A stretch of DNA of 63,869 bases, counting the filler, from Aduncisulcus paluster (Eukaryota), in the NCBI GenBank assembly GCA_024181965.1. It is 4 parts of 4 records of this genome, joined end to end, with 100 filler letters (N's around TTAATTAATTAA, not from the genome) between each part and the next. Parts side by side here need not be neighbours in the genome. Positions count along the whole stretch, not along the records: positions 41,246 to 58,968 come from BQXS01009986.1; positions 59,069 to 63,869 come from BQXS01009999.1; 2 more parts are not named here. One strand, 5' to 3'. Every line of letters begins with the position of its first letter. Within the stretch, counting starts at the first letter, position 1. Made by a program: the position numbers and the translations under genes. This document shows, one piece after another, positions 58,308 through 63,869 of the stretch. The notes under the pieces are model-generated. The model was not told the origin of the DNA, ran no database searches, and saw only the letters and a list, made by a program, of their open reading frames with translations.

Positions 58308-58412
58308 AATAAAACAACAATATCTCCTAATAGATTTGCACACCGAGCAAAAAGAAGAAACACCGAATTACTAAACAGTAATTAAAAAAAATTCTCTAAA
58401 ATTTGATCAAAT

Positions 58413-58650
58413 TGTGGTGTTAGTCACTAAATAAGCGAATAACACGGAGACGATTCGTCAACGTTAGATACAATTTATTGGTTTGCGGGAGATCAGATTG
58501 ATTCTTGTGAAATCAATTACATGTCAAATTATGAGACATAGAATATAAAATAAATATATAAAATAAACATAATTCGAATAAATAATAATAAAAATGAATA
58601 TTGTTCTAGAAATATCGTGTTATAAAAAGTTTTGAGGTGGGGTCACCACA
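58413..58650 (-). repeat. 5' LTR
   Basis: Identical by eye to 49299-49536. Confidence 0.97.
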
Positions 58651-58968
58651 CAGCTTCAAAATATCTTTGTTTTGCTTCACATTAACAATAAAGAACATTA
58701 GTTATTACTATTAATTTATTTTTATTTGATTATTGGATTATATTATCCTGTATTTCATTATTTAATTTTGAATTAAAAATATACATAGATCGTTGCATCA
58801 ACACTGAAATACTTTGTCCTTCTCGCATTGGCACATTATTACGATGAACGATTGAGAAAAATCTTTCAATTGCTGCTCCGGTCATGGGAATACTAAGGAT
58901 ATATTTCCTCGCAGAATCAAGCTGATAATATTCTTTTTCGATATTAACTGATTCATCTTTGTTTAGTC

Positions 58969-59068
58969 NNNNNNNNNNNNNNNNNNNNNNNNNNNNNNNN
59001 NNNNNNNNNNNNTTAATTAATTAANNNNNNNNNNNNNNNNNNNNNNNNNNNNNNNNNNNNNNNNNNNN
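58969..59068. other. Artificial contig junction
   Basis: N-TTAATTAATTAA-N linker. Confidence 0.95.
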
Positions 59069-59070
59069 AC

Positions 59071-59535
59071 ACCAAGTTCTCCAAGACCGCCAAGTACTTC
59101 GCTGGTGAGCGTCCATGGAACGCTGCCAAGGCTGACCTTGCCTTCCCCTCTGCCACCCAGAACGAGATCAACAAGGAGAATGCCGAGCAACTCGTTGCCA
59201 ACGGTGTCTTCCTTGTTTCTGAGGGTGCCAACATGCCTTCCACCAACGAGGCCATCGAGATCTACCACGCCAACAAGTTCTTGTACGGTCCCGCCAAGGC
59301 TGCCAACGCTGGTGGTGTTGCCGTTTCTGGTCTCGAGATGAGTCAGAACTCCATGCGTCTCTCCTGGACTCGTGAAGAGGTTGATGCCAAGCTCCTCGGA
59401 ATCATGCAGAACATCTTCAAGAACTGTGCTGAGACCGCTGAGGAATTCGGTGCCAAGGGTAACTTCCAACTCGGAGCCAACATTGCTGGTTTCAAGAAGG
59501 TTGCTGACTCCATGCTCGACCAAGGTTGCTGTTAA
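59071..59535 (+). CDS. gdhA: NADP-specific glutamate dehydrogenase, C-terminal part (5'-truncated)
   Basis: AFPSATQNEI, VSEGANMPST, PAKAANAGGVAVSGLEMSQN and GANIAGFKKVADSML. Confidence 0.95.
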   Translation, partial: TKFSKTAKYFAGERPWNAAKADLAFPSATQNEINKENAEQLVANGVFLVSEGANMPSTNEAIEIYHANKFLYGPAKAANAGGVAVSGLEMSQNSMRLSWTREEVDAKLLGIMQNIFKNCAETAEEFGAKGNFQLGANIAGFKKVADSMLDQGCC

Positions 59536-60194
59536 TCTTCTCGTATCATATCTTTTGAATATCCCTCGAGCGAGATGACATTTTGATTTCTCTTTTGTCA
59601 TGTAATCCTTTTTTATATATTGGTCAGGCATTTTTATCCGTAAGGTTTTTATTTCGCTGTTTGTTCATGTATTTTGGCCTGGACTTTCTTCTTGCAATTC
59701 GTTTGGTCGTTTGGGGAGGTGGTCATTGAGTGGACAAGCATCTTTCAACAATAAAGAATTTCGTTTTCCAAGAAACTTCTAGTTGTTCATCGTATCATCA
59801 TGGAAATACATAAATATTTGACATATTCCGAAATTCGGAATCCGAATAATTCGGTGAGGAATTCTGGTGGGGAGATTCAAAGTTTTGAATTGTGTGAAGA
59901 AACAACTTATGGATTTTGTTGCCAACAAACACAGGGTGGCAAGGGATGTTGTAAAGAAAGACAATATAAATGTAAAATAAAGTTTACTGCACCTTTCATC
60001 TTAATTATCATCATAAAAATACTGTCACGGTCCATAACGAATGTGGAATATAAAGAAACAGATGCTTTTAATGATAAATACGTTCAAAGAGGAAAAATAA
60101 TGAGCAAACAGTTGAAATATAACAGAAAATTAAATAATATAAATTATATTCTAGTAAGCCTCAGTACTATACGATGGTTAAATATAGTCAAAAC

Positions 60195-62726
60195 CTACTT
60201 CATTGCAACGACCTTACAAAATACATTGGCCAACGACAGCCTCTGAATGTCAAAATCATAAAATACATTATCTTTCCTCATATTAATACACAATCCAAGG
60301 AGCTTAGAAATAGAAATATGTTTGAAAGACACAGCGAGCTGAACAACACAACACGATGAAGATTCAAACATTTTCTCCACCTTTACATGCTGGATTCCTC
60401 TTGCTTGGAAAGCCTCAACAACAGTTTGTCCCTTCCCACTGTCACATCTGACCTCAACAGTGAGGGTATCACAGAATTGACGAAGCATATCATTACGATT
60501 CCCAACCACATGAACACGTCCATCGTTCATGATTACAACATCATCAGCATATTGGGTTTCATCCAGGTGATGAGTCGTGAAACATATACTCCGGCCTTCA
60601 CGCAATTTAGACAAGAGTTTCCATATTCCACACCTCGAGGCAACATCAATTCCAGTTGATAATTCGTCGAGTAAAAGAACCTCAGGATTCATGCACATGG
60701 CGATAGCCACACTCACTCGCCTCCGATAACCTCCACTGAGCTGTCCAGACCGAGATCCCATATAAGGTTCGAGAGCAAGAATGGGCACGATATCCTCGTA
60801 TGCCTCTTCGAAAGTGTCATAACTCCCTCCAAATGCGGTGAAGAATTTCATCATCTCTCCAACAGTGAGCACAGCAAAGTGATGGGAATCGTGTTGGGGA
60901 CATAATGATATCCTTCCAGAACGACCAAGCACTCCCTCATCCAATTCCATGAACCCTGTTAAACAGTTGAATAAAGTCGTCTTTCCAGCTCCGTTCTTAC
61001 CCAAGATAACACGAATCTTTCCACGTTCTAGTCCCACGGTGATATCATCGAGTGCAGGTTGTGTCTTTCCAGGGAAACACTTCCTTCCACGGTACACATA
61101 TAAAGGCAGAGAAGAGGAATTATTTGAAGGGCTAAGTCTATTTTGCTTCAGACGTTCAACATGTTTATGAACCTTTGAGTATTCTTTCTCAACGCTGGAT
61201 GGATCAAAGGCGTAATCAAATGCCTCAGAAGATGACAAGTATGGGATGGTATCCGAGGTCATCCTTGATACCTCCAAGGAAGAATGGACAGTGTCAAGAC
61301 CCACCACATTCTCCTCAGTCATTGTGCCCAAGAGACTAGAATGCTCACCTTCTTCGTCATCTTTTGGAAGACCCATTTTATGCATCCTCCTTGCCATTTC
61401 CATGTTAAGTCTCTTCTCTTTCCGGCGTTCAACACCGTAGAACAGAGCAAACCACCATCCAAAAGAAATACATCCGACAATGAAATGTAAGTAGAACCAA
61501 CCATTGGTGAAGAGATCCGTCACCATTGAATCTACACGCATGCCTTCCTTGACAACCATCTCAAACATCCAATAGGGAGAGAAGAAAGGGGCTGCCAATC
61601 CCATGAGACACAAAGACCATTCGGGAAGGATGACAACAGATGAAAACAACCAAGGAAGAAGAGAGATGGGCAAAACCAATTGGTAGAACAACCTCCAAAA
61701 TAATTGTCCATGATTCATTCTATAACTCACCACAAACATAGAAAATGCAAAGGTGAAGATCAGGAAAACGGAGGTAATGAGTAGAAATAGGATGTTAGAG
61801 TGGATAACAAATCCCAACGAAACAGTCATCATCACCAATCCAAACACAAAAGGAACAGTGGCAAAAATAAGGATAAGGGCGATCTGGTATGAGATAAAGG
61901 TGAGCTTTCTTCCAGTAACCAAGACAAGATACTCTTCTTGTTTGGTCTGTCTCATCCCCACAAAGCTTCCAAGGGAGACTGTCATGGCAAAGAACATCGC
62001 TGCAAGGAAGAAAAGAGCCTCCAAACCCTCAAATATCTCGGAGGAGTCGCTGGTCGGTTCAGGAAGATAACTAAATGTGAAATCAGACACAGGAAATGGA
62101 GAAACTCCACATGCACTGTCAGTTGGGAAATCAGGGCATTGGGTAAGAGCTGCGATGAACTGCATGTAAGTTCTAAATTTAGATCCAACTAAAAGGTCGT
62201 CTTGCTCATCAGGAATATAGATAGGAACACTATAAGCATGATTAATTTCGATTCTATCGGAATTGAACTCCACAAAATCGAAAACATGAGTAATATTAGT
62301 GTTCTGATCTTCAAAATAATTCTCATGAATATCATTGTATGATTGAAAATCAACAGTGAACGGAAGATAACCAGGATCCACGAAAGTTTGATCCATTTGT
62401 CCAAAAATACCTGTGTTGAGGAGAGGATTGGAATAACTCAGAGCTCCAAATTCTCCAGAAACAGGAGCAGTAACGGCAATTTCCCAAGATTCAGCCAATC
62501 CAGGCAAATTTGTCACTAAATGAGTGTCAAGAACATCCAAATTGACTTTAGGATCTGAATGATGATAGAGAACAAATTCAGTTATAGGCATCATCGCCAA
62601 GCAAGCGAGAAAGATGATAATAAATATTAATGCCAATCCTTTGGGCATATTTTTTGCTCCAGTCACCTGAAGAGATAACAAAGCTTTCACACGACGAACA
62701 AAAAGATTTTCACTGTAATCACCCAT
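60195..62726 (-). CDS. ABCA-like half transporter (TMD + one NBD)
   Basis: TM1, exoplasmic loop, then about 5 TM. Walker A GKNGAGKTT, CPQHD, signature LSGGYRRR, LLLDELSTGID, TTHHLDE. Confidence 0.92.
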   Translation of the reverse strand: MGDYSENLFVRRVKALLSLQVTGAKNMPKGLALIFIIIFLACLAMMPITEFVLYHHSDPKVNLDVLDTHLVTNLPGLAESWEIAVTAPVSGEFGALSYSNPLLNTGIFGQMDQTFVDPGYLPFTVDFQSYNDIHENYFEDQNTNITHVFDFVEFNSDRIEINHAYSVPIYIPDEQDDLLVGSKFRTYMQFIAALTQCPDFPTDSACGVSPFPVSDFTFSYLPEPTSDSSEIFEGLEALFFLAAMFFAMTVSLGSFVGMRQTKQEEYLVLVTGRKLTFISYQIALILIFATVPFVFGLVMMTVSLGFVIHSNILFLLITSVFLIFTFAFSMFVVSYRMNHGQLFWRLFYQLVLPISLLPWLFSSVVILPEWSLCLMGLAAPFFSPYWMFEMVVKEGMRVDSMVTDLFTNGWFYLHFIVGCISFGWWFALFYGVERRKEKRLNMEMARRMHKMGLPKDDEEGEHSSLLGTMTEENVVGLDTVHSSLEVSRMTSDTIPYLSSSEAFDYAFDPSSVEKEYSKVHKHVERLKQNRLSPSNNSSSLPLYVYRGRKCFPGKTQPALDDITVGLERGKIRVILGKNGAGKTTLFNCLTGFMELDEGVLGRSGRISLCPQHDSHHFAVLTVGEMMKFFTAFGGSYDTFEEAYEDIVPILALEPYMGSRSGQLSGGYRRRVSVAIAMCMNPEVLLLDELSTGIDVASRCGIWKLLSKLREGRSICFTTHHLDETQYADDVVIMNDGRVHVVGNRNDMLRQFCDTLTVEVRCDSGKGQTVVEAFQARGIQHVKVEKMFESSSCCVVQLAVSFKHISISKLLGLCINMRKDNVFYDFDIQRLSLANVFCKVVAMK

Positions 62727-63062
62727 AATAAATTAGTAATTTATAAATATTTATAAAATAATGGAAAAGGATGAAATTTATCGAAACAAAAAGAAAAGAA
62801 GATGAGAATAAATGCTCAGGATATACAAGAAAACGTCAAAAAATGGCTTGAACAATTCATCAACCATTTTTCGAGAGCGTTTCAGGCTAATCCAAAGTAA
62901 AATGAGGTCATTATGGAGATAAAAATAGCATTTAATAATTTTTATCCGCAAGTTTATTCAAAAAATTGCTTAATTATACCGGTAGGAAAAATTTAACATA
63001 ATGATTTCCTTCTAGCTTCTTTTGAAAATCATACCAAACTTTTCTTGTTTGGATCTCAAAAA

Positions 63063-63869
63063 ATGGTATCCAATGCCTTTAAAATCCAATTAAAAAACTA
63101 TGCTTCAATTCAATGTAGCGATCAGTATGTAATATTTTGTTTCATCATAATTCATAACTTTATTCAAGGGTTGTGAATTTTTTTTTAAAAATTCTCTATT
63201 GGATTTCCTGTTTACTGATCTTATTTCTTTCTTAAAGCTTCCGTTCTGGAGTTGTAATCATTCTAAGTCTTGTCGCATTCCTCTGTGCTTCCTCGTTTAT
63301 GTCAACCTCAATATATTTTGAGAAGCATGACATCAAGTTCTCTGCCTCCAAATCTCAAAATAATTTTGCAAAGTTTTGTGATGGAAAAGACGAATGTTAT
63401 CACCTCGTATATTGTCCTGATGATGTAAATACCCAATCAATTGCGGATTCGATCAAAAATCACATTCTTAAACATACCAGTGAACCCTCTATTAAAGCTT
63501 TCTCTTGCAGTGATCTTAACAACTGGCTTCTTGACACTTCCAATTCTTCAAAGGCTGCTGCAGGCTTCCAAGTCACCCCGAATGCCGATTCAACATATTC
63601 TGTGAGTATTATGGCCCCTTATCTCGGTAGTGATACTTGGAGATCGACAAAGCCGGAATATGCTGAAGATATTCAGCAACAAGTGACCCAGGGTGTTATA
63701 AGCCTGGCTTCCCCTGGCCTTGAAGTTGTTTCATCCTTTGGAGAAGTTCCTAGTCTTGGAATTAATTCTGATGCCTTTATTCCTGTTGCTGTATCTGAGA
63801 TGTCTGTCATTTTTGGTGCAATCTTTTGTGCCATCGGACTTGTCTCCGATCGTTCGAACGGAATGAAGC
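63063..63869 (+). CDS. Second ABCA-like transporter, N-terminal part (runs off the window); predicted intron 63125-63237
   Basis: Spliced MVSNAFKIQLKNYASIQCSDH|FRSGVVIILSLVAFLC..., exoplasmic loop, ...IFGAIFCAIGLVSDRSNGMK (ABCA 'V.EK..G.K'-like). Frame is open to the window end; not in the supplied ORF track. Confidence 0.72.

Larger units (their letters stand above)
49299..58650 (-). mobile_element. Full-length Ty3/Gypsy chromodomain-bearing LTR retrotransposon
   Basis: Identical 238-bp LTRs with TGTGGTG...CACCACA ends; CAGC TSD at 49295-49298 and 58651-58654; Gag-PR-RT-RH-IN-chromodomain order. Confidence 0.97.

Noticed and set aside
59800-60246. 148-aa ORF with a Cys cluster
   Set aside because: Its AT-rich 3' half overlaps the ABC gene end and shows no recognisable motif.

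Overview
Gene-dense, AT-rich, intron-poor eukaryotic DNA from a flagellated protist. IFT27, PepD, NADP-GDH, very short GT-AG introns and lineage-specific repeat and LRR families suggest a free-living fornicate such as Aduncisulcus; this is inference only. The window is four contigs joined by N-TTAATTAATTAA-N linkers (about 21.5, 41.2 and 59.0 kb). Six 20-N gaps are flanked by artefactual 250-410 bp duplications that split real genes. Housekeeping content: acetyl-CoA-synthetase-like ligase, stand-alone Yvh1 Zn domain, PepD, IFT27, SLC35F transporter, TGS1, RPS4, tRNA-Val(AAC), LAS1, Loa1/Vps66-like acyltransferase, SSSCA1, CK1, PSMD9/Nas2, FAD synthetase, GDH and a head-to-head pair of ABCA-like transporter genes. 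Two bacterial-looking genes are HGT candidates. The main feature is an intact, very young Ty3/Gypsy chromovirus (49299-58650, minus strand) with identical 238-bp LTRs, a CAGC target-site duplication and a single ~2144-aa Gag-Pol-chromodomain ORF. It has no tRNA primer-binding site, a duplicated atypical PPT, and a 2.1-kb non-coding 3' region built from many different hairpins that display the same ACCA/UGGU loop. Also found: a 6-nt microexon, a ~960-bp inverted-repeat element with a dispersed relative, and a RING-pseudokinase-multipass membrane protein.
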